This document shows positions 1-7,210 of a stretch of 10,617 nucleotides of DNA, piece by piece; the stretch's first letter is position 1; every line of letters starts with the position of its first letter. The notes beneath the pieces are model-generated. The model searched no databases. It saw only the letters and a program-made list of their open reading frames with translations, and was not told where the DNA came from. Source of the DNA: Planctomycetota bacterium (GTDB lineage: Bacteria; Planctomycetota; GCA-002687715; DRQF01). The position numbers and the translations under genes were made by a program. Location: contig JALTLO010000156.1 in assembly GCA_027001995.1 (NCBI GenBank), positions 21,776 through 32,392 of the forward strand, read 5' to 3'.

Positions 1-1263
1 GATCAAGATCGTCGGCGATCACCGATTGTTTTGGCTGTTGAAAAAATAAGTCCTACAGTGGTGAGCATCAACACACAAAAACTCATGCGAGGCAGAAGCG
101 CGTTTTCGGACATGTTCGATTTCGGCAACACCCGCAGGCGCCCCGGAACAGGAAGATATCAGAATTACTCCCTGGGATCTGGGGTGATCATCGACGAGAA
201 AGGCTACGTCGTCACCAATGACCACGTGGTCCAACGTGCAGACCGTATCACCGTGAGTTTGGCAGACGGACGAGAGCTACCGGCAACTCTTATCGGGAGC
301 GATGTCCAAAATGACATTGCTATCTTGAAGATTCATGCCAAAGGTCCCCTCCCAGCCGCCAAGTTAGGACGATCCCATGATGTGATTTTGGGAGAAACGA
401 CCATCGCCGTTGGCAATCCTTTCGGCTTGGGTGGCTCCGTGACAGCTGGCATCGTCTCCGCCACAAACCGCACCGTCGACTTCAGAAACAAGAAGAAATT
501 TCGCGATTTCATTCAAACCAGCGCAGTCATCAATCCTGGCAACTCAGGCGGCCCACTCATCAATATCAATGGCGAGGTCATCGGCATCAACGTGGCCATT
601 CACAGCCGCGGACCGGGAATCGGCTTTGCCATCCCCATGAGCCGCGTTCGAGAAGTGGTCTATAGCGTTCTCGACCCAAGACTCACAAAAGAAGCCATGC
701 TGGGGATCGACATCGACCACCGACACGAAGGCAGCGGGGCCATCGTTCGAGCCGTAGACCAAAGAGGACCGGCTCCCCAATCAGGTCGCTCCGTGAGAGA
801 CAAGACCGTCACCGTCAACGACGAGTTAATTAAAGATTGGATCGATTTTCAGACAACTGTTCAAGAGCTGAAAATTGGTGAGAAAATCAGCTTGGGTTTC
901 CTCAACAGAGGTCAACCTCACACGACCCAGCTCACCATCGTTAGAACACCTCCGACGCCAGCTGAAAAGGCGTTGTTTGCCCTTTGCGGTTTCGAATTTG
1001 ACGACATCCCCAAGGCTCGGAAACAAGCTCTGCAAAATATGCGTGGTGTTCTTGTCACTGCGGTGCCAAAAGGATCTCAGGCTGCTGCGGTGGGCATCCG
1101 CAAAGGTGATGTTGTCTATTCCCTGGCACGCAATTCAGTCACCAGTAAGAATCATATGTTCCGCATCCTGCAGAGATTCGCCCGTCTCAAGTCTCTGCCA
1201 ATCCACATCTTCCGTCCCAGCGAAGATAGCCACTACAGTGGCGATCTTCCTCTCAACCGATAG
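1..1263 (+). CDS. degP: DegP/DegQ (HtrA) family trypsin-like serine protease with two PDZ domains; 5' end lies outside the window
   Basis: The frame is open from base 1 (DQDRRRSPIVLAVEKISPTVVSI), so TTG at 31 is probably not the start. It has GSGVII and the catalytic triad motifs TNDHVV (His), DIAILKI (Asp) and INPGNSGGPL (Ser), plus GIGFAIP, followed by two PDZ-like segments. DegP versus DegQ cannot be resolved from sequence. Confidence 0.93.
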   Translation, partial: DQDRRRSPIVLAVEKISPTVVSINTQKLMRGRSAFSDMFDFGNTRRRPGTGRYQNYSLGSGVIIDEKGYVVTNDHVVQRADRITVSLADGRELPATLIGSDVQNDIAILKIHAKGPLPAAKLGRSHDVILGETTIAVGNPFGLGGSVTAGIVSATNRTVDFRNKKKFRDFIQTSAVINPGNSGGPLININGEVIGINVAIHSRGPGIGFAIPMSRVREVVYSVLDPRLTKEAMLGIDIDHRHEGSGAIVRAVDQRGPAPQSGRSVRDKTVTVNDELIKDWIDFQTTVQELKIGEKISLGFLNRGQPHTTQLTIVRTPPTPAEKALFALCGFEFDDIPKARKQALQNMRGVLVTAVPKGSQAAAVGIRKGDVVYSLARNSVTSKNHMFRILQRFARLKSLPIHIFRPSEDSHYSGDLPLNR

Positions 1264-1277
1264 GAGGTTTTCGGGGC

Positions 1278-3455
1278 TCAAGAGCTGCCAAACAAACGTG
1301 GGAAAACCCAAAGAAGTTGGCTGAGGGCCAAACCAGCGAAACGTCCTTGACCCACGATCAGGTTCTCGTGGGCCCAAAGGCAAACTTCTTTGGCCCACGC
1401 CACATACTTAGGATCGCTAGAGAATTGAGCTGCCCGACACAAGCCCAAGGCGAAGAATAGAGCTTCTTCTCCTGTGGCTTGGCCTCGGACATAGAGCGGT
1501 TCAGCCCCTGAAACCTCAATCACGATGGAGGCTGCTAAGCCCAGGTCTGATCCCCGCCAACCCTGCTTATAGACAAAATCCACCGAGCGCAAAAACCGAG
1601 CGACAGCCCCCATTTGCCCAGATGCAGAAGGACTCTTGCTAAGGGCTTCTCCTAAGATCCCCACGACCACCCATGGCGTCACCCGATAGAGCCCATCTTT
1701 GTCCATAACCGAATCGAAGAGGGGCACGACCACACCCGGCGCATCGATAAGTCGGCGGTTTAATTGCCCCAATGCTTGGCTGGCGGCGGGTCGATCCTCG
1801 GCGTCAGCGATGGCCCCAGCCAAAAGCATAGACCAAGCCAAAGAGCGGGTGTTCAGAAAGCGACGAGCAATTCGCGGTGCTGCACGGCACCAAGAATCGA
1901 TAACCTCTTGGTTAGCTTCCCACAAAAAAGGCGATCCCGTCGCTTGGGTCTCAGCAATGAGTCCATTCAACCACATATGTCCGGCCTCCCAACCACCGTA
2001 ACGATGATGAGCACCATGCTTGAGAGGCAAACCGTCAGGGCCCAAATCTCTTTGCAGCAAGTGTTGAGCGGCCCGCCGAGAAAGATCCAAAAGATTGGGG
2101 TTTTGAAGATAGGTGGCGGCCATCCTCAAGCCCCAGATCGTGTCATACTCCAGATTCCCCGCGTCAGATTTGTTCCATCGCCAATCTCCAAGATTCTCTT
2201 CTCCGGCCCAGATATAACCCCGTCTTTTCAAACGGCCTCGATCTGTTTCGGCCCGAATCACATCCAAAAACAACTCTTTCAGTTTGAGTTCATTCATGAG
2301 GGGAGCCCCTTTTGTCTTGCCTAAGCGCTTGGATCCTTTGGCGAGCAACTCGATTCGGGCGCATCTCAGAAATGAGGGTTTTCTTTTCCGCCGTCTTCGT
2401 TTGGCGATTGACAGCGAGAATATCCGTCCAGGACGAACTCCTGGGTGCCAACGATACTGAGAAGAAACAACACTGAGTCTTCCCGCGAACCCTGTGTCCA
2501 AAGTTTGAAAACTCGGTGACAGAAGCCCCATATCCGGCAAGTACACATCAACTTCACCACTTTTCGTCATGAATCGTAAATGGTCATCTATTGGCTCCAG
2601 TTCCTTGCTGTTGTCAGAGAATCGCCTGAACCCATCTGCCTTCACTTGGTATCGGACAGGAAAGATACTCTTGCGGATGCGGTGCACACGGTCTTTCTCG
2701 TCCAGGGCAGTGATCCTATCGTTCAGTTCATAGCAAACATCGAAACCACCCTTCGGGAGCTCGTGTTTGAGCGGTGATAAATAGGTCTCCACTGCGATTT
2801 CCAAGCAACCTGCGAAGAGAATTATGCGGCGACTGAATTTCACCCCAGGCTCCTTCGCACCGCTCGCCACCAAACCACGCTGGCAAAGCACCAAAACATA
2901 GGGGCCGTTCTCTTCGATTTGCCACTGTGCTTCCCCACGGCCTTCCCCCATCGACACGACTTTGATGAGTGGTTTCTTCTGACCAGAAAACCCCAAGTCA
3001 CGCAGAACTTCGCCAGGATCACTGCTAACACTGAAGCGAAGCTCCGAGTTCTTGATCCGAAGACCATCATCAAGAGGTGTGACAACAAAAGGATTCGACG
3101 ACGAAGAGGTTTCGGGCTTCTTCTTGGTAGACGAGATACGAACGCGCTGAGATTTCTTGGGGATCAAATTGAGGGGAAACGTCAATCTTAGCTGGCGCAA
3201 CGAGCCGTCGGGCCAATTCGACAGAACTGCCACTTGGGGGCGGGTCTGCTTTGCCCCCCCTGTGGCCAGGATGAAACAATCAGGGGGATAAACCCCAGAA
3301 GGTGCGACAAAACCGGCACGCACCCAGTATCTACCCCCTGGAAGCCCTTCCTTGAGAGTCACTTTGAGATCTTGAGCGGTGACAAATTGACTCAAGATGA
3401 AGAAAACGAAAGAAACTGTAAGCATTTGCTTCAAACTGCTGCGATTTGAGTGCAT
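1278..3455 (-). CDS. Secreted PcRGLX/YetA-like (exo-rhamnogalacturonan lyase-like) protein; substrate unknown
   Basis: Long ORF with a signal peptide (KQMLTVSFVFFILSQFVTA-QD). Motifs QVAVLSNWPDGS (WPDGS at 3201-3215), EENGP, NLGDW, NLEYD (2142-2156) and GHMWLNGL..TG resemble this family's N-terminal barrel, beta-sandwich and alpha/alpha-toroid architecture. ATG at 3455 is preferred over TTG at 3476 because AAGGA lies 11 nt upstream of it. Confidence 0.62.
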   Translation of the reverse strand: MHSNRSSLKQMLTVSFVFFILSQFVTAQDLKVTLKEGLPGGRYWVRAGFVAPSGVYPPDCFILATGGAKQTRPQVAVLSNWPDGSLRQLRLTFPLNLIPKKSQRVRISSTKKKPETSSSSNPFVVTPLDDGLRIKNSELRFSVSSDPGEVLRDLGFSGQKKPLIKVVSMGEGRGEAQWQIEENGPYVLVLCQRGLVASGAKEPGVKFSRRIILFAGCLEIAVETYLSPLKHELPKGGFDVCYELNDRITALDEKDRVHRIRKSIFPVRYQVKADGFRRFSDNSKELEPIDDHLRFMTKSGEVDVYLPDMGLLSPSFQTLDTGFAGRLSVVSSQYRWHPGVRPGRIFSLSIAKRRRRKRKPSFLRCARIELLAKGSKRLGKTKGAPLMNELKLKELFLDVIRAETDRGRLKRRGYIWAGEENLGDWRWNKSDAGNLEYDTIWGLRMAATYLQNPNLLDLSRRAAQHLLQRDLGPDGLPLKHGAHHRYGGWEAGHMWLNGLIAETQATGSPFLWEANQEVIDSWCRAAPRIARRFLNTRSLAWSMLLAGAIADAEDRPAASQALGQLNRRLIDAPGVVVPLFDSVMDKDGLYRVTPWVVVGILGEALSKSPSASGQMGAVARFLRSVDFVYKQGWRGSDLGLAASIVIEVSGAEPLYVRGQATGEEALFFALGLCRAAQFSSDPKYVAWAKEVCLWAHENLIVGQGRFAGLALSQLLWVFPRLFGSS

Positions 3456-3464
3456 GATTGGGGT

Positions 3465-3485
3465 CGTCCTTTGCAAGTAAGGACG
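3465..3485. promoter_or_regulatory. 7-7-7 inverted repeat between divergent genes; covers the putative RBS of the lyase-like gene
   Basis: CGTCCTT-tgcaagt-AAGGACG, perfect 7-bp arms. On the minus strand the 3' arm contains the AAGGA Shine-Dalgarno candidate. Confidence 0.4.
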
Positions 3486-3532
3486 TCACATGAGCCGCAA
3501 CAGACTGAAAAATTAACAGCGAGGATGAGAAA

Positions 3533-4129
3533 ATGCGCATCGGGTACTTCGGGGGGAGCTTTGACCCGGTCCACAAAGGACACATCACGTTGGCGAATGA
3601 GATTCGTCAACTGGCACAATTGGATCAAGTCATTCTGGTGCCCACCAGAAGATCGCCCCACAAACGCAACCAGAAGACGACGTCTGGCCAGCACCGAGTT
3701 CGTATGCTGTCCCTGGCGATTCAAGGAGAAGAAGGTCTCGCCATCGATCAACGCGAACTGAGCCGGGAAGGTCTCTCCTACACCTATGACACGATGCGAG
3801 AAATCAAGAACGAACGGCCAGGGGACGATCTATTCTTCTTGGTTGGGATGGACAGCTTAGAGGATCTGCCTACCTGGCATCGCATTGATGAGCTGCGGGA
3901 GTTAGTCACCTTCTTGGTGGCCGTGCGCCCAGGACACAATTCAGAAGCAGCGGCCAAGAAACTGGAAGACTCCAAGATCAAGTTTCAGATCTTGCCTACC
4001 ACCGCCGTTGACGTGTCATCGACGACTTTGCGACGGGACTTAGCAAGAGGCACCTCCACCAACGGTTTGGTCGCACCAGAGGTAGGCGATTACATCCGCG
4101 GAGAACATCTCTACAAGACAACTTACTGA
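3533..4129 (+). CDS. nadD: Nicotinate-nucleotide adenylyltransferase
   Basis: N-terminal GGSFDPVHKGH (HxGH) motif, SPHK, SYTYDT, FLVGMDS, W..IDEL and C-terminal VSSTTLR; 198 aa; GAGGA upstream of the ATG. Confidence 0.96.
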   Translation: MRIGYFGGSFDPVHKGHITLANEIRQLAQLDQVILVPTRRSPHKRNQKTTSGQHRVRMLSLAIQGEEGLAIDQRELSREGLSYTYDTMREIKNERPGDDLFFLVGMDSLEDLPTWHRIDELRELVTFLVAVRPGHNSEAAAKKLEDSKIKFQILPTTAVDVSSTTLRRDLARGTSTNGLVAPEVGDYIRGEHLYKTTY

Positions 4130-4144
4130 GCCTCAAATTGAATC

Positions 4145-4180
4145 GTGTTTCTTCATGGCATTCTTGCCATGAAGAAACAC
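4145..4180. terminator. Perfect 16-bp inverted repeat between convergent nadD and hisS; likely bidirectional terminator or 3'-end hairpin
   Basis: GTGTTTCTTCATGGCA-ttct-TGCCATGAAGAAACAC within the 59-bp gap between the two stop codons; no clear U-tract on either strand. Confidence 0.65.
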
Positions 4181-4188
4181 AAAGCAAT

Positions 4189-5556
4189 TTAGTCTTCAGT
4201 TTTGAGTTGCTCCAAGATGAATGCTGCTGCCTTATCGACGGCCACTTCAGCTTGCTCTCCTGAGCGAATGTCTTTGATCTGAACAACACCTTTGGCGGTT
4301 TCCCGAGAGCCTTGAATGGCAACAAAAGGAATGGCCAGTTTGTCCGCATGGCCTATTTGCTTCTTGAAGCGCCCAGAAGAGTAATGCATTTCCGTTGGCA
4401 CACCGCCATCGCGAAGGGCTTTTACCAATTTGATTTGCTCGTTCATCGTCACATCGTCCATGCGCAACACGAGGACTTTGGTCGGTGTCTTCTCGGCCTT
4501 GAGGCGGTCCATTTTAAGCAGAGCGCTGAGCACCCGCGATAGACCAATAGAGACCCCCGTGGCAGGCACATCACCTTTGCCATAAATACTCATCAAATCG
4601 TCATAGCGTCCCCCGCCCCCTAAGCTGCCAAAGTTCTCCAGCTTGGTGATGCGAAACTCATAGATAGGGCCGGTGTAGTAATCCAACCCTCTTGTGAGAA
4701 CGAGATCAAAGTGAAGAAGATTGGCTGGAACCCCCAAGGCATCCAAGTGAGAAAAGAGAGTTGTCATTTCTTCTAGAGCGGCGATCCCTTCTTCATCATC
4801 ACCAAACCGCTCAGCTACAGCTTCGATCAGCGCAGCGTGATTGCTGGCCCCAATTTTCTCCCCAAGTTGGATGGTTTCGAAAAGGTGCCGGATCGCCTGG
4901 TCTGAGATCCCTTCTTGTCGCAGAAGCTCCTCGACTTTCTCACCGCCGATCTTGTCGATCTTGTCTAAAGCCGTACAAACCACCTTGTCTTGATCTGCGT
5001 CCAAACCAGCAGCACTCACCATAGCCCGCAAGACTTTGCGGTTGTTGAGGCGCATGATGAGACCAACATCGTCCGCCGCCAAACCAAGCTTTTGATAGAC
5101 CTCGTAGCAGACGGCCACGTTCTCCGCGTCGGCCACCAGAGAATCGGTACCCACGGAATCCACGTCGCACTGATAGAATTCTCGGAATCGACCTTGGGCC
5201 GGTTGAGGACGATCAGCTCGATAGACCGGTTGAATCTGATAGCGCTTGAAGGGCATAGGCAGATCACGGCGCATGGCGACCAGGCGGGACAAAGGAACGG
5301 TCAAATCATAGCGAAGTCCCAAAACAGCCCCCCCCTTATATGCAAGGGGATAGATCAGCTTGTCACCTTCTTCGCCATACTTACCCAGAAGCACATCGAG
5401 AAACTCCATGACAGGGGTTTCCACCGGCGCAAAGCCGTACTTTTCAAAGATTTTCGTCATCACCCTGAGCATCCGCTGCCGCGGAATCATCTCCTCAGGG
5501 AGAAGATCACGGGTTCCATTGAATACGCGAGGTTGAATTGGACCATGTGTGGCCAT
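4189..5556 (-). CDS. hisS: Histidine--tRNA ligase (455 aa)
   Basis: GTRDLLP, ETPVME, LRYDLTVP, motif 2 YRADRPQPAQGRFREFYQCD, TRGLDYYTG, GGGRYDDL, and a C-terminal anticodon-binding domain. The start is moved from 5685 to ATG 5556, which has GGAG upstream and matches the usual HisRS N-terminus. Confidence 0.97.
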   Translation of the reverse strand: MATHGPIQPRVFNGTRDLLPEEMIPRQRMLRVMTKIFEKYGFAPVETPVMEFLDVLLGKYGEEGDKLIYPLAYKGGAVLGLRYDLTVPLSRLVAMRRDLPMPFKRYQIQPVYRADRPQPAQGRFREFYQCDVDSVGTDSLVADAENVAVCYEVYQKLGLAADDVGLIMRLNNRKVLRAMVSAAGLDADQDKVVCTALDKIDKIGGEKVEELLRQEGISDQAIRHLFETIQLGEKIGASNHAALIEAVAERFGDDEEGIAALEEMTTLFSHLDALGVPANLLHFDLVLTRGLDYYTGPIYEFRITKLENFGSLGGGGRYDDLMSIYGKGDVPATGVSIGLSRVLSALLKMDRLKAEKTPTKVLVLRMDDVTMNEQIKLVKALRDGGVPTEMHYSSGRFKKQIGHADKLAIPFVAIQGSRETAKGVVQIKDIRSGEQAEVAVDKAAAFILEQLKTED

Positions 5557-5596
5557 GTTTTCTGCTCCAAATGCCACAAAATGGCTAATTTCCGCA

Positions 5597-5624
5597 ATTC
5601 TAAGACGGTCATAAGTCCTTACAA
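5597..5624 (-). promoter_or_regulatory. Putative sigma70-type promoter of hisS
   Basis: Minus strand reads TTGTAA-N16-TAGAAT, about 40 nt upstream of ATG 5556, with an AT-rich tract upstream of it. Confidence 0.5.
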
Positions 5625-5643
5625 CGTTATTTCTTAATTTCAA

Positions 5644-5673
5644 TTGGCGCAATCTTGCCGTGACTGCTATAGT
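5644..5673 (+). promoter_or_regulatory. Putative sigma70-type promoter with extended -10 for the lipoprotein gene
   Basis: TTGGCG-N18-TATAGT, with TG-n immediately before the -10 (TGcTATAGT, 5665-5673); AT-rich UP-like tract at 5625-5643. Confidence 0.5.
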
Positions 5674-5743
5674 TCCGACGCCCACTGAAGGAGATTCCCA
5701 AGCGGCCTATTCCGCTGGGACAGAGAAGATGGAGAAATCTCGT

Positions 5744-6166
5744 ATGCGACTCACCACCACCGTGGTTGTCTTAGCCCTGACGTTTTGCCTGCTACCAGCA
5801 TGCTCTAGTACCGACACAGACCCAGATTCAGACACAAACTTGGGCGGAGCAGCCTATACAATCTTGGATGCTCCTTTCGCCGTGCCAAGTGCCTTGGGAG
5901 CTGAGTTTTCGTCTGTTTCCTACAATTACTCTCCCGCTCCCCATGGTGGGGACGGATGGGCATATTGGGGAAGCCGAAGCCACAGTTTCTCCCGCCACAT
6001 GACGAACATCTGTGACAACATCATGTATAACTTCTTTAACACGAACACCCGCTTCGCACCCTACGACAACTGGGGTGACTCGTTCCAAAAGGACATGACA
6101 CAGTTGCTCAAGACATTGGACACCAACCTCTATCGCTACGATTGGGATAACGCCTACATCAACTAA
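5744..6166 (+). CDS. Hypothetical lipoprotein (140 aa) with an internal tandem duplication
   Basis: GGAG upstream of ATG 5744; type II signal peptide MRLTTTVVVLALTFCLLPA-C with a lipobox, followed by an S/T/D-rich linker; terminator immediately downstream. The track's GTG start at 5660 falls inside the predicted promoter. Confidence 0.8.
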   Translation: MRLTTTVVVLALTFCLLPACSSTDTDPDSDTNLGGAAYTILDAPFAVPSALGAEFSSVSYNYSPAPHGGDGWAYWGSRSHSFSRHMTNICDNIMYNFFNTNTRFAPYDNWGDSFQKDMTQLLKTLDTNLYRYDWDNAYIN

Positions 6167-6205
6167 GCAATCTGGTTGTGACTATGTCATGACAAAGACC
6201 ATTTC

Positions 6206-6245
6206 GAAAAGCAGCGGCCCCAAGGGTTTGCTGCTTTTTCTTGTT
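6206..6245. terminator. Bidirectional Rho-independent terminator between the lipoprotein gene and miaA
   Basis: AAAAGCAGC (6207-6215) pairs with GCTGCTTTT (6230-6238) around a GC-rich core; T-rich tail on the plus strand, and the upstream A-run gives a T-tail on the minus strand. Confidence 0.8.
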
Positions 6246-6253
6246 CTTTCATC

Positions 6254-7210
6254 TCATCTTGATTCGCGGGATTGCTGCCACAGTGGCGAGAATTTGTTGA
6301 AGATGTTTTGTGCGATTGATTCCGCCGTATCGTCTTCCTGGCAAACAATGCGCTCAGCATGGGGATAACGGGTCATCCAGGTCAGTTGGCGACGGGCAAA
6401 CTGCCATGTCTTGATCTTGATGCGCTCTTTGAGTGGACCTTCCTTGCCACCAACAAACAGGTGCTCTTTGATTTCTCGATAGCCCAAAGCCATGATCGAC
6501 TCTTGGCTGAACCCTCCGCCCCCATCGATGTCCGCCACTTCCTTGACCCAGCCCTCTTCGAACATGAGGTCAATGCGTTCTTCGATTCGCTTCCTCAACA
6601 CTTTTCGATCCCAAGTGATAATGTAGACTTGAGATTCATAGCGGGGCTCACGAAACCAGGTGGCTTGCTGTTCACTTGCGGGTTTGCCGGTCTGGGCAAA
6701 AACTTCCAGAGCTCGCTCCATGCGTTGGTAGTCATTGGGATTGATTTTTTCGGCCGACGCCGAGTCCACCGCCGCCAGTTTGGCGTGAATGGCTGCTAAA
6801 CCCAATTGATCACGCTCAGCTCTCAGTTGAGCACGGAACTCCTCGTCTCGAGATGGCCCATCATGAACACCAAACAAGAGCCCGGTGAGGTACATAGCAG
6901 TTCCTCCCACAGCAATGATTGGCTTGTCATTCTGGTGATTCTCAAGAATGACCTCATCGGCTCGTTGCAGAAACCGCGACAGATCAATCCGCTCCTGAGG
7001 ATCCAAAATGTCGATCAGGTGGTGCTTCACTTGGGCCAGGTCATTGGCTGACGGTTTCGCCGTGCCAATGTTCATTTGTCGATAGACTTTCATCGAGTCC
7101 AGAGACAGAATCTCGGCTTCTAAGAGTTTGGCAACGCAGATGCCAACGCTGTTCTTGCCAGATCCCGTCGTGCCTGTGATGCACAAGAGTGGTCGCTTGG
7201 ATAGAGTCAT
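6254..7210 (-). CDS. miaA: tRNA (adenosine(37)-N6)-dimethylallyltransferase (318 aa)
   Basis: P-loop GTTGSGK, DSMKVYR..NIGTAKP, HHLID, VGGTAMY, INPND.QR..RALEV, ALGYRE, FARRQLTW. ATG 7210 overlaps the TGA of the upstream gene (ATGA). Confidence 0.96.
   Translation of the reverse strand: MTLSKRPLLCITGTTGSGKNSVGICVAKLLEAEILSLDSMKVYRQMNIGTAKPSANDLAQVKHHLIDILDPQERIDLSRFLQRADEVILENHQNDKPIIAVGGTAMYLTGLLFGVHDGPSRDEEFRAQLRAERDQLGLAAIHAKLAAVDSASAEKINPNDYQRMERALEVFAQTGKPASEQQATWFREPRYESQVYIITWDRKVLRKRIEERIDLMFEEGWVKEVADIDGGGGFSQESIMALGYREIKEHLFVGGKEGPLKERIKIKTWQFARRQLTWMTRYPHAERIVCQEDDTAESIAQNIFNKFSPLWQQSRESR

Noticed and set aside
775..822. Diversity-generating retroelement variable region in PDZ1
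   Set aside because: The inferred changes are not adenine-specific, and no template repeat or reverse transcriptase is visible.
1262..1268. Perfect AGGAGGT right after the degP stop
   Set aside because: No start codon at a usable distance. It may instead pair with CTTCCT upstream as a weak hairpin, too weak to call a terminator.
5328..5335. C8 run in hisS (also C7 at 3254-3260) as phase-variation tracts
   Set aside because: Short, in frame and explained by Gly-Gly codons; hisS is expected to be essential.
4990..5637. 215-aa plus-strand ORF, and the other short ORFs overlapping the main genes (e.g. 875-1324, 1764-2324, 6359-6799, 8654-9025)
   Set aside because: Antisense or off-frame shadows of well-supported genes, with no recognisable motifs.
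5645..5659. Sigma54-like TGGCGC...TTGC element
   Set aside because: GG and GC are separated by 9 nt, not the required 10; a sigma70 extended -10 explains the region better.
5557..5685. 43-aa N-terminal extension of HisS in the ORF track
   Set aside because: It runs through the predicted promoters; ATG 5556 has an RBS and matches the normal N-terminus.
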